From Lachnospiraceae bacterium (GTDB lineage: Bacteria > Bacillota > Clostridia > Lachnospirales > Lachnospiraceae), in the NCBI GenBank assembly GCA_030524635.1, contig JAUNGG010000004.1, positions 50,077 to 114,076 of the forward strand: DNA of 64,000 nucleotides, read 5' to 3'. Below, piece by piece: positions 19,008-28,306 of this stretch. A model generated the notes under the pieces. That model did not search any database. It saw nothing but the letters and a program-made list of their open reading frames with translations, and was not told the DNA's origin. The translations under genes were made by a program, and so were the position numbers. Position 1 is the first letter of the stretch. Each line of letters starts with the position of its first letter.

Positions 19008-19982
19008 TTACCCAACATCTGAAGCCTTCAGCTCCGCAAACGCCTCATTCTCCCCATTATACATCTGCTCATTTACCTTCCGAACCGTAATCCCATGCTT
19101 CCGCATCAGCACCTCAAGACGCTCCTTCTTCTCTCCATCCATAGGTGTCATTGGCAGCCGGTAATATTCTCCGCACATTCCCATAAGAGATAATGCCGCC
19201 TTCACCGGGATCGGATTCACGTCCCAGAACATGGCCTGCATCAGCTCCAGAAGCTCTAACTGGAGACGTCGGCTCTCCTTCAGATCGCCTGCAAAAAAGG
19301 CCCGGCACATCCGGCTCATTTCACCAGGCATCACGTTTGCCAGCACAGAGATAACACCTTTTCCTCCCAGCGCCATAATAGCAAGAGACTGATCATCATT
19401 GCCCGAATAGATATGAAAATCCTCCCCGCAGAGGGCGGCTGTCTTGGCGATCTTAGACAGATTCCCTCCTGCCTCCTTCACGCCCAGGATGTTAGGATGT
19501 TCCTTTAACCGCAGATACGTTTCCGGAGCAATGTCAACACCGGTGCGGGTGGGAACATTGTACAGCAGGATCGGAAGACTGACACAATCTGCAATGGACC
19601 AGTAATGACGGACCAAACCTCCCTGGGATGCCTTGTTGTAATAGGGCGTCACTACCAGCAGCCCGTCGGCCCCCAGCTTCTCGGCTTCCCTGGAAAGCTC
19701 CACAGCGTGGGCTGTATTATTACATCCCGTCCCGGCCAGCACAGGCACTTTCCCTCCAACGCGGTCGATGACAAAGGACAGCGCTTCCAGCTTTTCCCTG
19801 TCGCTTAAGGTGGCAGACTCGCCAGTGGTGCCGTTTACCAGCACAGCATCAATACCCTGATCCAGCTGGAACCCGATCAGACGCTCCAGTGCACGATAAT
19901 CAACTGCCCCTGTTTCATCCATCGGTGTTGCCAGTGCCACAGCAGAGCCTTTAAAAATCTCACGTTTCATATATTCATCCAT
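19008..19982 (-). CDS. dapA: 4-hydroxy-tetrahydrodipicolinate synthase
   Basis: IFKGSAVALATPM ... GTTGE ... YNVP motifs. The true start is probably the internal MKREIFKGS at 19970. Confidence 0.85.
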   Translation of the reverse strand: MDEYMKREIFKGSAVALATPMDETGAVDYRALERLIGFQLDQGIDAVLVNGTTGESATLSDREKLEALSFVIDRVGGKVPVLAGTGCNNTAHAVELSREAEKLGADGLLVVTPYYNKASQGGLVRHYWSIADCVSLPILLYNVPTRTGVDIAPETYLRLKEHPNILGVKEAGGNLSKIAKTAALCGEDFHIYSGNDDQSLAIMALGGKGVISVLANVMPGEMSRMCRAFFAGDLKESRRLQLELLELMQAMFWDVNPIPVKAALSLMGMCGEYYRLPMTPMDGEKKERLEVLMRKHGITVRKVNEQMYNGENEAFAELKASDVG

Positions 19983-20184
19983 CCTGACTTTTTCAAAATA
20001 ATAAAAAGAAGCCGTTTACGCTTCCTGTACTATTAAAATATGATTCGGCAGTTCAAAAGTGCGGGAAACCGCAGATTTATTCCCACGCAACCGTGCAGTA
20101 CCCTCACAATTACTTCCACACCATTTTCATATTTTCACATATAAATCATTATACGGTATTTCTCTTAAGGAGTAAACGTGATTT

Positions 20185-21165
20185 ATGCATACCTTTCTCA
20201 TCATAGGCGGTGACAGCCGCCAGGACTATCTGGAACAATATCTGAAGCGTGATGGCTTTCCAGTTCTGCGCTGGCCTGGCGGGGCGGAAAGTTCTGCCAC
20301 CGCAGATGGTTCTGCTGCCATTGCCACGGCTATGGAGCAGGCGGATATCATCCTTGGCCCCGTTCCCTTTACGAAAAACGGTACTCATCTCTTTGATTGC
20401 CCCGCAGAATCCCGCTCTCAGGAAGAAAGCGCCGCTTCTGTTTCCATCACAGCCCTCCTCTCCGGCCTGACAAACAGACATACCCTGTTTGGGGGAAATA
20501 TTCCAAAGCAGATCATCAGCCATTGCGCCCAATTGGGAATTTCGGTTTATGATTTTATGAAAATGGAAGAAGTCGCCTTAAAAAATACTGTTGCCACCGC
20601 AGAAGGAGCCATTGGGGAGGCAATCACCTTAAGCCCCGGTACCTTCCACGGCAGCCGCTGCCTGGTCATCGGCTTTGGCCGGTGCGGAGAAACCCTTGCA
20701 GAAAAGCTGAAGGGCCTGGATGCTCAGGTAACCGCTGCTGACTGCAGCGCTCCTCGCCTGGCCCTTGCATATGCCCTGGGGTTCAGCCCGGTTCAAATGA
20801 AACAGCCATTTTCCGGCAGCAGCACGTTCCTGTCAGCCTTTGACTTTATTTTCAACACCGTTCCAGCCCCCGTTCTGGACCGCTCCGCCCTCCGCCTTCT
20901 GAACACAGATGCTGTTCTGATCGACATCGCATCCGGCCCTGGAGGCATTGATTTAAGCAGCGGTATCGCTTCTGACGGCGACAGCATTTCTGATGGCAGC
21001 AGCTCTTCCGACGACAGTAGCTCCTCTGGCTGCAGCACCAACACCGCACCAAAAGCTCATAGACTCTGCATCAAGCGGTGTCCAGGACTTCCAGGCCGCT
21101 ATTGCCCGAAGGCAGCAGCAGAAATCCTGTACCAGGCCATCCTGGAACATTTACCTCCCCAATAA
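20185..21165 (+). CDS. dpaA: Dipicolinate synthase subunit A
   Basis: Rossmann-like MHTFLIIGGDSRQ start with an AAGGAG RBS. It is divergent from dapA and followed by dpaB. It carries a Ser/Asp-rich insertion near the C-terminus. Confidence 0.8.
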   Translation: MHTFLIIGGDSRQDYLEQYLKRDGFPVLRWPGGAESSATADGSAAIATAMEQADIILGPVPFTKNGTHLFDCPAESRSQEESAASVSITALLSGLTNRHTLFGGNIPKQIISHCAQLGISVYDFMKMEEVALKNTVATAEGAIGEAITLSPGTFHGSRCLVIGFGRCGETLAEKLKGLDAQVTAADCSAPRLALAYALGFSPVQMKQPFSGSSTFLSAFDFIFNTVPAPVLDRSALRLLNTDAVLIDIASGPGGIDLSSGIASDGDSISDGSSSSDDSSSSGCSTNTAPKAHRLCIKRCPGLPGRYCPKAAAEILYQAILEHLPPQ

Positions 21166-21221
21166 TACTGCAAAACTGCAGCGTATTGATCCTATATCAT
21201 CAAGAAAAGGAGTATTTTATT

Positions 21222-21809
21222 ATGGAATTAAAAGGTAAAAATATCGGCCTGGCTGTGACCGGCTCGTTTTGTACCTTCAGCAAAATCGAACAGGAGATCC
21301 GGCATCTGGTAGAAGCCGGAGCCAATGTCTACCCCATCTTTTCCTCCAATGTACAGACCACCGACTCCCGTTTTGGGAACACAGGAGAATATATCCGTCA
21401 CATCTCCGATCTTACCGGCCGCCAGCCTATCCTGAAGATCGAGGAAGCAGAGCCTATCGGCCCTCAGGGCTACCTGGATATCCTGCTCATCGCCCCATGC
21501 ACCGGAAATACTTTGGCAAAGCTTGCCTCTGGCATCACCGACACGCCTGTGCTGATGGCCGCAAAGGCTCATCTCCGCAACGAAAAGCCTTTGGTGATCT
21601 CCATCTCTACCAATGACGCTCTGGGCATGAATTTTAAGAACATCGGCCTGCTGTTCCACGCAAAGCACATCTATTTCGTTCCATTTTCCCAGGATAACCC
21701 GAAAAAGAAGCCAAACTCCATGATCGCACGGACAGAGCTGATTGAAGAAACTCTGAAGGCGGCACTGGAAGAGCGGCAGATCCAGCCGGTTATTTACGGG
21801 GCGCCTTAA
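21222..21809 (+). CDS. dpaB: Dipicolinate synthase subunit B (flavoprotein)
   Basis: Start at MELKGKNIGLAVTGSFCTF with an AAAAGGAG RBS. The 243 aa ORF in the track is an N-terminal over-extension. Confidence 0.8.
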   Translation: MELKGKNIGLAVTGSFCTFSKIEQEIRHLVEAGANVYPIFSSNVQTTDSRFGNTGEYIRHISDLTGRQPILKIEEAEPIGPQGYLDILLIAPCTGNTLAKLASGITDTPVLMAAKAHLRNEKPLVISISTNDALGMNFKNIGLLFHAKHIYFVPFSQDNPKKKPNSMIARTELIEETLKAALEERQIQPVIYGAP

Positions 21810-21934
21810 AACATTTGGTATACAAAAGGCAGAATTCAGGCGCGAAAACAAGGAGGCTCTTTTCCGAGCCCCCAATACATATCAAACAAGCAAAAAAGTC
21901 CGAAAAGTGTCCCCCAAAAAAATCAAAAAGTAGC

Positions 21935-21963
21935 TTGACAATCGTAATAACACATGATAAAAT
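21935..21963 (+). promoter_or_regulatory. Sigma-A-type promoter for tRNA-Gly(GCC)
   Basis: TTGACA, a 17 nt spacer, then TAAAAT, about 20 nt upstream of the tRNA. Confidence 0.5.
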
Positions 21964-21982
21964 CATTATCGTTCAAAGAAAT

Positions 21983-22055
21983 ATTTTCTTATGCGCGAGT
22001 GGCTCAGTTGGTGGAGTACGACCTTGCCAAGGTCGGGGTCGCGGGTTCGAGTCCC
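21983..22055 (+). tRNA. tRNA-Gly(GCC)
   Basis: Acceptor GCGCGAG/CTCGCGC, anticodon loop CTTGCCAA, T-arm GGGTTCGAGTCCC, followed by a T-run. Confidence 0.85.
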
Positions 22056-22396
22056 GTCTCGCGCTCTTTTTAATTTTATGCCGGATCCTTGATTTACAAG
22101 GGTTTCCGGTGTTTTTTATGCTATTTTTCCATCCCATCTGGAGTAGACTTAACCTGCTCATGTGTTTCTATGATATAAATGCAGGCGCAATCCAGGTGGA
22201 GGGAAAGGGTATCCATAAGGTTGCGAGGGAAAGCCTCCGGGCAAGCTACAGCATAGTGTTCCAGGAAACCTGGCTGAGATCAGGGACTATACAAGGAAAT
22301 ATCTCCAACGGAAGGCGGAGGTTTCAGAGGAAGAAATCGTCCAGGCAGGAAAGGAGGCCCACGCCCACAGCTTTATTAATTGATTTACAATTAAAC

Positions 22397-22425
22397 TTGA
22401 CAAGCCGCCGTCCATATTGGATAAT
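22397..22425 (+). promoter_or_regulatory. Sigma-A-type promoter for the MarR gene
   Basis: TTGACA at 22397-22402, a 17 nt spacer, then GATAAT at 22420-22425. Confidence 0.45.
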
Positions 22426-22473
22426 TTTATATGAATGCTTCGGTATTCTGTTGGAGACGAAAGGGGTAAGGCT

Positions 22474-22989
22474 ATGGAATTTGAAAAAAATAATAAAAAG
22501 CTGAGGCATTCTCTGTTTGAGATATCTGAAATTTTTTATCGTTTCAGTTGGGGAAATGTTGAACATACAAAGTTCCTTCGAAATTATGGCACAGGAGAAT
22601 CCTATTCAGCGATTGAAATACATTTATTGATTCGAATTGCACAGAATCCGGGTATTTCTGTTACAGATCTTGCTCAGCGAAACGGACGAACAAAGGGTGC
22701 TGTATCACAAATTATAACAAAGCTGGAGCTGAAAGAACTGATCCGCCGGGAAAAACGTCAGGAAAATGCGCACTTCGTATCCCTGTACGCTACTCCTAAG
22801 GGCCTAGAGGTCAGCAAGGCTTTTCAGCAGCATCAGGAACAGCTTATAGGCCCCATTGTAGATGACCTTGTGGCGTTGATAGGTGCTGACAATGCTGATA
22901 AATTTTATGATTTTTTGGATCATTACAATAATGTAGTCTATCCCGGCATTGTGGCTCAGATTCAAGATGAGCTGAAAGGGAAAAAATAA
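22474..22989 (+). CDS. MarR-family transcriptional regulator
   Basis: Start at MEFEKNNKK with an AAAGGGG RBS. Winged-helix region ISVTDLAQRNGRTKGAVSQIITKLELKELI. Confidence 0.8.
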   Translation: MEFEKNNKKLRHSLFEISEIFYRFSWGNVEHTKFLRNYGTGESYSAIEIHLLIRIAQNPGISVTDLAQRNGRTKGAVSQIITKLELKELIRREKRQENAHFVSLYATPKGLEVSKAFQQHQEQLIGPIVDDLVALIGADNADKFYDFLDHYNNVVYPGIVAQIQDELKGKK

Positions 22990-23004
22990 TACGGGCTTGT
23001 ACAA

Positions 23005-23060
23005 TGAAAAAAGGCTGATGCTCTCTCATACATAATTGCGGAGAACATCAGCCTTTGCTG
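23005..23060. terminator. Bidirectional terminator between convergent MarR and permease genes
   Basis: 15 bp stem AAGGCTGATGCTCTC / GAGAACATCAGCCTT flanked by A- and T-rich runs. Confidence 0.5.
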
Positions 23061-23087
23061 ACAATGTCCCTAATCACTATATCAGTA

Positions 23088-24383
23088 TCAATACAGTGGG
23101 AAAAGGATACACGCCGAGATAATTCCACAAGCGGACACGATAATGCTGGGACCAATAGATTGGCGGAAAATACTCTTGAAATCATAGCCGCCTGCTGTCA
23201 TGGCCGCCGTCATAGGAGGACATGCCATAGGAGTCATGAAAGCAGTGGTGCAAGCTGTGTACAGAAGCACAAGGGGACCCACCGGATTCAGTGCCATAAC
23301 CTTACAGGATGACAGGATAACCGGAGCAAATGAGTAGAGAACAGCGGCATTCATCATGAACTGTGTGAGGATAAAGGGCAGCAGGAAGAAAACCAGGTAG
23401 ACGATAAATGTACTCTGACCCGAACCAATCACATCGGCCACTATCTGACCAATTAAATCTGCAGCGCCTGTATTGGAGAGTGCACCGCCCATGGCCAAAG
23501 CACCTGTGAATATGCAGTAGAAGGAAAGCGGAAACGCATTCAATGCTTGTTTGCCGGAAAGCACCCCGGTAAAGACCATCAGGGCTGCGCCCACAACGCA
23601 GGCAATGTAGCCATCGTAAAGACCTGTGACAGCAGCAATTATGAGGGCAACGCAGGTCCCAAAAAAGATTACATAGCCACAAATTTCCTGGAATACGGGC
23701 AGCTTTTCCGCCTCACCACCGGTGCTGCTTTCCGCAACTGTAATGGAACTTGACGGCTCATCAGGCGAAATTCTGAGGCCAACAAATACAGAGTAGATAA
23801 CCGTAAGAATCACTCCAGCCAGCCTCACCAGCATGAGGTCAAACAATTCGGCTTTATAACCTGTGATAGAAAAGGATTCTATCATGCCGTTAAAAAAGGA
23901 GATATTCGCAAGACCCGGGCCGATGGGAATCCATCCCATGCCGACAATGCATACGGTGACCAGCGGATACATAACTTTGGAACGGCGAACGCCAAGCTGA
24001 TCTGCGGCGATGCCCAGTAGCGGAGCAACGATAGAGAATTCTGCGATTCCCCAACCGATAAACTGGTCAAGTATGAGCACCAGCATGGCGTAACCAAAGA
24101 AAACCTTACGGATAGACCCTTTTGCTGCGCGGTTGATTGCGGACGTTAAATTATGTATCATCTGTGTCCGAGTCAGACCAGCAGAGAGGATAAACATGCA
24201 GACAACAATAATGGCATTGCTGTTTCCGAAATAGCTGACGGCATTTTCCGCTGAGATACAATTCGTCAGACGAAACAGTGCAACTCCAAGCATAGCAACC
24301 GCACCCATTGAAACCTTGCCTGAAATGTATCCGGTGATCATAAGTATACAGATGGCCAAACAAGCAATCATTTCACTATTCAT
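23088..24383 (-). CDS. Anion permease of the ArsB/NhaD/CitMHS superfamily (putative di/tricarboxylate transporter)
   Basis: 431 aa polytopic protein starting at MNSEMIACL with a GGAGGAA RBS. It overlaps the upstream gene stop by 8 nt. Confidence 0.6.
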   Translation of the reverse strand: MNSEMIACLAICILMITGYISGKVSMGAVAMLGVALFRLTNCISAENAVSYFGNSNAIIVVCMFILSAGLTRTQMIHNLTSAINRAAKGSIRKVFFGYAMLVLILDQFIGWGIAEFSIVAPLLGIAADQLGVRRSKVMYPLVTVCIVGMGWIPIGPGLANISFFNGMIESFSITGYKAELFDLMLVRLAGVILTVIYSVFVGLRISPDEPSSSITVAESSTGGEAEKLPVFQEICGYVIFFGTCVALIIAAVTGLYDGYIACVVGAALMVFTGVLSGKQALNAFPLSFYCIFTGALAMGGALSNTGAADLIGQIVADVIGSGQSTFIVYLVFFLLPFILTQFMMNAAVLYSFAPVILSSCKVMALNPVGPLVLLYTACTTAFMTPMACPPMTAAMTAGGYDFKSIFRQSIGPSIIVSACGIISACILFPLY

Positions 24384-25200
24384 AATTTCCTCCGGTATTG
24401 TTGGATTGTTCGATTTCCCTGTAGGTAATACGATAGTCAGAGGGCAGCGGAGGTTCTCCGTATAAACGTCCACACTGGATAGGATACAGATTGGCACCTG
24501 TTTCCTGTGTGATTTTAATTGCCTTTGCTACTTCAAACAGGTAATCTGCCGGAAATACAAGGCTTATCTCGTGGTCACCAGTGTAGGCAAAAGCCCGTTC
24601 GCCGCCTGCCATCACATTCATTACTGGCTTCTGATGAATCAGAGACCAGACCATGGAGGAACATCCAATGCTTCCCAGGAATTGTCCAGAAACAGGAATG
24701 CCCTGCCAGGTAAAGCATTTGCACAGCATACTGATCTGGCCAGGATTACCATAAACAACAATCAGGTCAGGTCTCATGCGCAGATCCTCCAGGGGAGAAA
24801 ACACCAGCCCCTTGATATCCTTCAGATAAGTATCACGTTCCTTTACGATTCCCTCTAAAACCTGACGGGCCTCCTGATCCCGAAAGTGCCGTATATCAAT
24901 GCCTACAGGAAATTTGTCTGTCAAGCCGAATACAGAGGCGGCCGGCATACAGAAATGATCCTCCAGAGTGGAAACTACGGTTTTGCCAACTGTGCGGGCA
25001 TAATGTGTCATCTGACACAGCGGCAGATGCTGCTGCATGTCTCGCAGAGGACGGACTACATTTTCCGGAATTTCATCATCGCTTTCCAAAAAGGTAAGAG
25101 CAACAAGCCGATACAAATGGGCGTTATCTTTTATTGTTTTACCAGCTTCCATATAGGCTTGCAGCTCCCCGGAGCTTAACTGTTTGGATTTCTTTGTCAT
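24376..25200 (-). CDS. Hypothetical protein (274 aa), possibly DUF169-like
   Basis: Start at MTKKSKQLSSGELQAY with an AAGGAGG RBS. No motif recognised. It is co-operonic with the hydratase/lyase genes. Confidence 0.5.
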   Translation of the reverse strand: MTKKSKQLSSGELQAYMEAGKTIKDNAHLYRLVALTFLESDDEIPENVVRPLRDMQQHLPLCQMTHYARTVGKTVVSTLEDHFCMPAASVFGLTDKFPVGIDIRHFRDQEARQVLEGIVKERDTYLKDIKGLVFSPLEDLRMRPDLIVVYGNPGQISMLCKCFTWQGIPVSGQFLGSIGCSSMVWSLIHQKPVMNVMAGGERAFAYTGDHEISLVFPADYLFEVAKAIKITQETGANLYPIQCGRLYGEPPLPSDYRITYREIEQSNNTGGNYE

Positions 25201-25219
25201 TTTAAATACCTCCTTTGCC

Positions 25220-25735
25220 TTATTTCTGTGCGTCAGCGCCTTTTTTGGCAAGGTAAGGCATCATTCCGCCGCTCTGCATCACCTCAAGGATAAACGCAGA
25301 TGGTGCAAGTCCCTGATATTCTTCTCCCTTTGTCAGATTCTTCACACTGCCCTCCGCAAAATTAACCTCCAGTAAATCACTCATGTTCACCTTATCCAAA
25401 ATCCCAGGGCATTCCACAAAGGCAATACCTTCACTTTTAAGATTGTTGAACATCTGTGTTGAAAAGCTTTCAGCTACAATACAACGGATTCCGATGGTTT
25501 TTACAGCAATCAAAAAGGAAGAATGCACCTTGCCATAACCGAAATTTCTGCCACAGACCAGGATGTCGTCTGCCTTCGCAAGACCGGCAATAGCCGGCTC
25601 CACAGTCTGCATAAATTTTGCAGCAATTTCCTGGGGCGGAAGTGCGTCCATACCGATGTACCAGCCCATGGCGGTATCTGCATTTACGTGATTGCCTGGT
25701 GCTACAAGAGCGTTGCCTTTATAAATGTTTTCCAT
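25220..25735 (-). CDS. LeuD-like small subunit of an aconitase-family hydro-lyase
   Basis: 171 aa starting at MENIYKGNALV with a GGGAGGG RBS. LeuD-like motifs (VCGRNFGYGKVHS, IRCIVAESFS). It starts 1 nt after the large-subunit stop. Confidence 0.75.
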   Translation of the reverse strand: MENIYKGNALVAPGNHVNADTAMGWYIGMDALPPQEIAAKFMQTVEPAIAGLAKADDILVCGRNFGYGKVHSSFLIAVKTIGIRCIVAESFSTQMFNNLKSEGIAFVECPGILDKVNMSDLLEVNFAEGSVKNLTKGEEYQGLAPSAFILEVMQSGGMMPYLAKKGADAQK

Positions 25736-25736
25736 A

Positions 25737-27017
25737 TTAGCCCTCCCTATAATATGTTTCTGGTGATGTGATATAACCAGTGATGGCGGATGCAGCAATA
25801 GTAGCAGCACTGGCCAGATAAATAAATGCCTCATGGCTTCCGGAGCGTCCGGGAACATTCAATGTCTGCTGAGAAAGGCTTACTTCCCCAGGATTTAAGG
25901 GGCCGACGCCTCCAAAACAAACATCACAGGTCGGAGCAATCACTATAGCTCCTGCGTCAGCCAACGTGGACAAGAGACCTTCCCTTGCAGCTTGGCTGTA
26001 TACATATTGTGTTACAGGAGAAACAATGAAGCGAACCCCCTCTTTAATTTGGTGTCCTTTCAGGATATTGGCTGCAATACGCAAATCGCTTAGGGAACCA
26101 CCGATACAGGTTCCTATGATACACTGATCAATGGCTACATTTTTTAATTCTGAGGCAGGGCATGAAGTAAATACCTCAGGAGGATAAGTAACCATAGGAA
26201 CAATATCCTCAGCGCAGAAATGCAGAACTCTACTATACTGTGCGTCAGAGTCGCCGGAAATTTCTTCTGCTTCGATGCCGAAGTTTTCCTTATACCAGGT
26301 GCAGGTTTTCGCATCCGATTTAATCAAAGCGGTATCGGCTCCTACGTAGGAAATCTCGCCACACAGAATCATGCGCTGATCAATGTCCATTGCTTCGATG
26401 GCACTTCCGTCAAACTCAACTACAGCGCCGATTGCACCGTCCGGCCCCAATTCATTTTGTACAGCGAACCATACATCCTTGGCGGAAATATATGGCTTCA
26501 GCTGGCCGTCAATAACTACCCTGATCGTTTCCGGAACACACAAGGTAATTTCATCAAATGCCATTGCTTCTACTACATGACCGCCAAACCGGCCGCCGTT
26601 GGTATAGAATGCGCCTACACCGCCGGCATTGGAGGCCTGAGGATCAAAGTGCACGAACACCTTACCGGGCATAATGTCCCCCTGCTCAACATTGACAACA
26701 TGTCCTATGCCTTCACGGCAGTAGCAAGTAGCTCCAATATCTTTGGCCCGCTTGTGCTCGTCCTTGAAAAAACGAATGCTGTCGGCATTTACTGGAGGAG
26801 AGTTGTGGTCTTCATTGTAAATATATTTGTTACCATTAGATATTTTTTTGCCGGAAATCTTTTCTGCAGCATCCATATACATACCCAGAACACTCACACC
26901 CTTAAAGGAATAAAAGATAGGGCCTGTAAAATCTTTTACAGTGATGTATTCGCCAGGTGTTACCGAAGGCTTTCCCGCTGCTTTGGCCAGAATTTTTTCA
27001 CATAATGTCTGTTTCAT
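25737..27017 (-). CDS. LeuC-like large subunit of an aconitase-family hydro-lyase
   Basis: 426 aa with LeuC-type Fe-S ligand regions (IDQCIIGTCIGGS, APTCDVCFGG). Confidence 0.8.
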   Translation of the reverse strand: MKQTLCEKILAKAAGKPSVTPGEYITVKDFTGPIFYSFKGVSVLGMYMDAAEKISGKKISNGNKYIYNEDHNSPPVNADSIRFFKDEHKRAKDIGATCYCREGIGHVVNVEQGDIMPGKVFVHFDPQASNAGGVGAFYTNGGRFGGHVVEAMAFDEITLCVPETIRVVIDGQLKPYISAKDVWFAVQNELGPDGAIGAVVEFDGSAIEAMDIDQRMILCGEISYVGADTALIKSDAKTCTWYKENFGIEAEEISGDSDAQYSRVLHFCAEDIVPMVTYPPEVFTSCPASELKNVAIDQCIIGTCIGGSLSDLRIAANILKGHQIKEGVRFIVSPVTQYVYSQAAREGLLSTLADAGAIVIAPTCDVCFGGVGPLNPGEVSLSQQTLNVPGRSGSHEAFIYLASAATIAASAITGYITSPETYYREG

Positions 27018-27031
27018 GTCAGTCTCCTTTC

Positions 27032-27904
27032 CTATTTTGAATTATCAGCAGATGATGCCATATATTTCATTACCCGTTCCGTATACCCTGTGAAGGGGAT
27101 GCATTTGTCGAATTCTTCCTCATTGAAATTGAGTTTTCCGAGCTGCTTGATATCTCCGGTTTCCATAAGAATTTGTGCCGCCTCTCTACAACCTTCAAAT
27201 GCAGCGTAAAGCATCATTGGCCAATAAAGGACAAAGCTGGCTCCCGATTTCTTCTCATCTGCAAATGAACCGTTGGCATTCAGAATGATGAGAGGGCCGT
27301 TTATGCGCTTTTTCTGCTCAGCTGCCTCCTCTCCGGTGAGCCGCCAGCATAAAAGTACAGCGTCTGCGCCGGCCTCCAGGTATCGGTTGGCACGATAAAC
27401 AGCATCATCAATATCTCCGGTAGCCCAAGGTGTATCTGAACGTCCGATAATTAGGAAATTCGGATCTGTTCGGGCATCTACAGCCGCCCGGATTCTGCTG
27501 CAGACAGTATCCACATCTGTTATGATGGGTTTAAGAGAAGTATGTTTGCCAAAAGCATGATCTTCAATATGAATAGCTGAAACGCCGGCCTGTTCAAACT
27601 CCTGAACGGTTCTGCAGATATTAGCGGCTTCAAAAAACCCAGCCTCTACGTCACAAATCAAAGGGATATTTGTTGCATTGGCAATATTCCGCGCGTGATT
27701 GGCCATTTCAGTTAAGGTTACATTGCCGGTATCCGGCAGCCCCAATATGCTTGCAGCAGTAGCAAAACTTCCAAGGTAAATCGCCTTAAAGCCAGCTGCC
27801 TCAGACACACGGGCACTGACTGCATCATACACGCCCGGAACAGGATATGTTTCGCCTGATAATAACATTTCTTTCAAAAGAATTCTTTTTTCACTTGCTG
27901 TCAT
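27032..27904 (-). CDS. Isocitrate lyase / PEP mutase superfamily lyase (2-methylisocitrate lyase / 2,3-dimethylmalate lyase-like)
   Basis: 290 aa with a TIM-barrel ICL/PEPM-type sequence (GVYDAVSARV ... IEDHAFGK ... GRSD). First gene of the operon, with an AAAGGAAA RBS. Confidence 0.8.
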   Translation of the reverse strand: MTASEKRILLKEMLLSGETYPVPGVYDAVSARVSEAAGFKAIYLGSFATAASILGLPDTGNVTLTEMANHARNIANATNIPLICDVEAGFFEAANICRTVQEFEQAGVSAIHIEDHAFGKHTSLKPIITDVDTVCSRIRAAVDARTDPNFLIIGRSDTPWATGDIDDAVYRANRYLEAGADAVLLCWRLTGEEAAEQKKRINGPLIILNANGSFADEKKSGASFVLYWPMMLYAAFEGCREAAQILMETGDIKQLGKLNFNEEEFDKCIPFTGYTERVMKYMASSADNSK

Positions 27905-28306
27905 TTTTGCACATTTCCTTTCTGATTATTTTTTGCTATACTATACATCTTGCATTTAATTTAGTTTCGAAACTAAATTAAATATATCACATTTGCTGTA
28001 TTTGTCAATAGCCTTTTTTAAAAAATTGTTAATTCTGAATTATTCATGGCGATTTATCGCATTCGTTCTAGGTGTATGTATGGGAATTATGCCTATTGGG
28101 GTTAATTAAACAAGAATTATGGGACATTCACTCTCCCTTTTGCCCAAAAATCACCCCATTTTTTCTCTTCTTTGCCTAACAGGAAAACCGCCCGGTTTTT
28201 TCTAAATTATGGTATAATTGAAATATATGGCCCAGATCACATTCAGCCATTTGGCAGTGCGGGCACAAGATTATGATGAATCAATCAGGAGGCAAGGGAA
28301 TCAGTT

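Noticed and set aside
22060-22396. Considered RNase P RNA (type A) because of GGGAAAGCCUCCGGGC ... CAUAG similarity to the P4 region
   Set aside because: The CR-II/III block (AAGGGUGAAANGGUGCGGUAAGAGCGCACC) and the 3' ACAGAACCCGGCUUA block are absent, and the region is too short.
21815-22504. 229 aa plus-strand ORF spanning tRNA-Gly(GCC)
   Set aside because: It runs straight through a tRNA gene and a terminator T-run, and the translation is Arg-rich nonsense.
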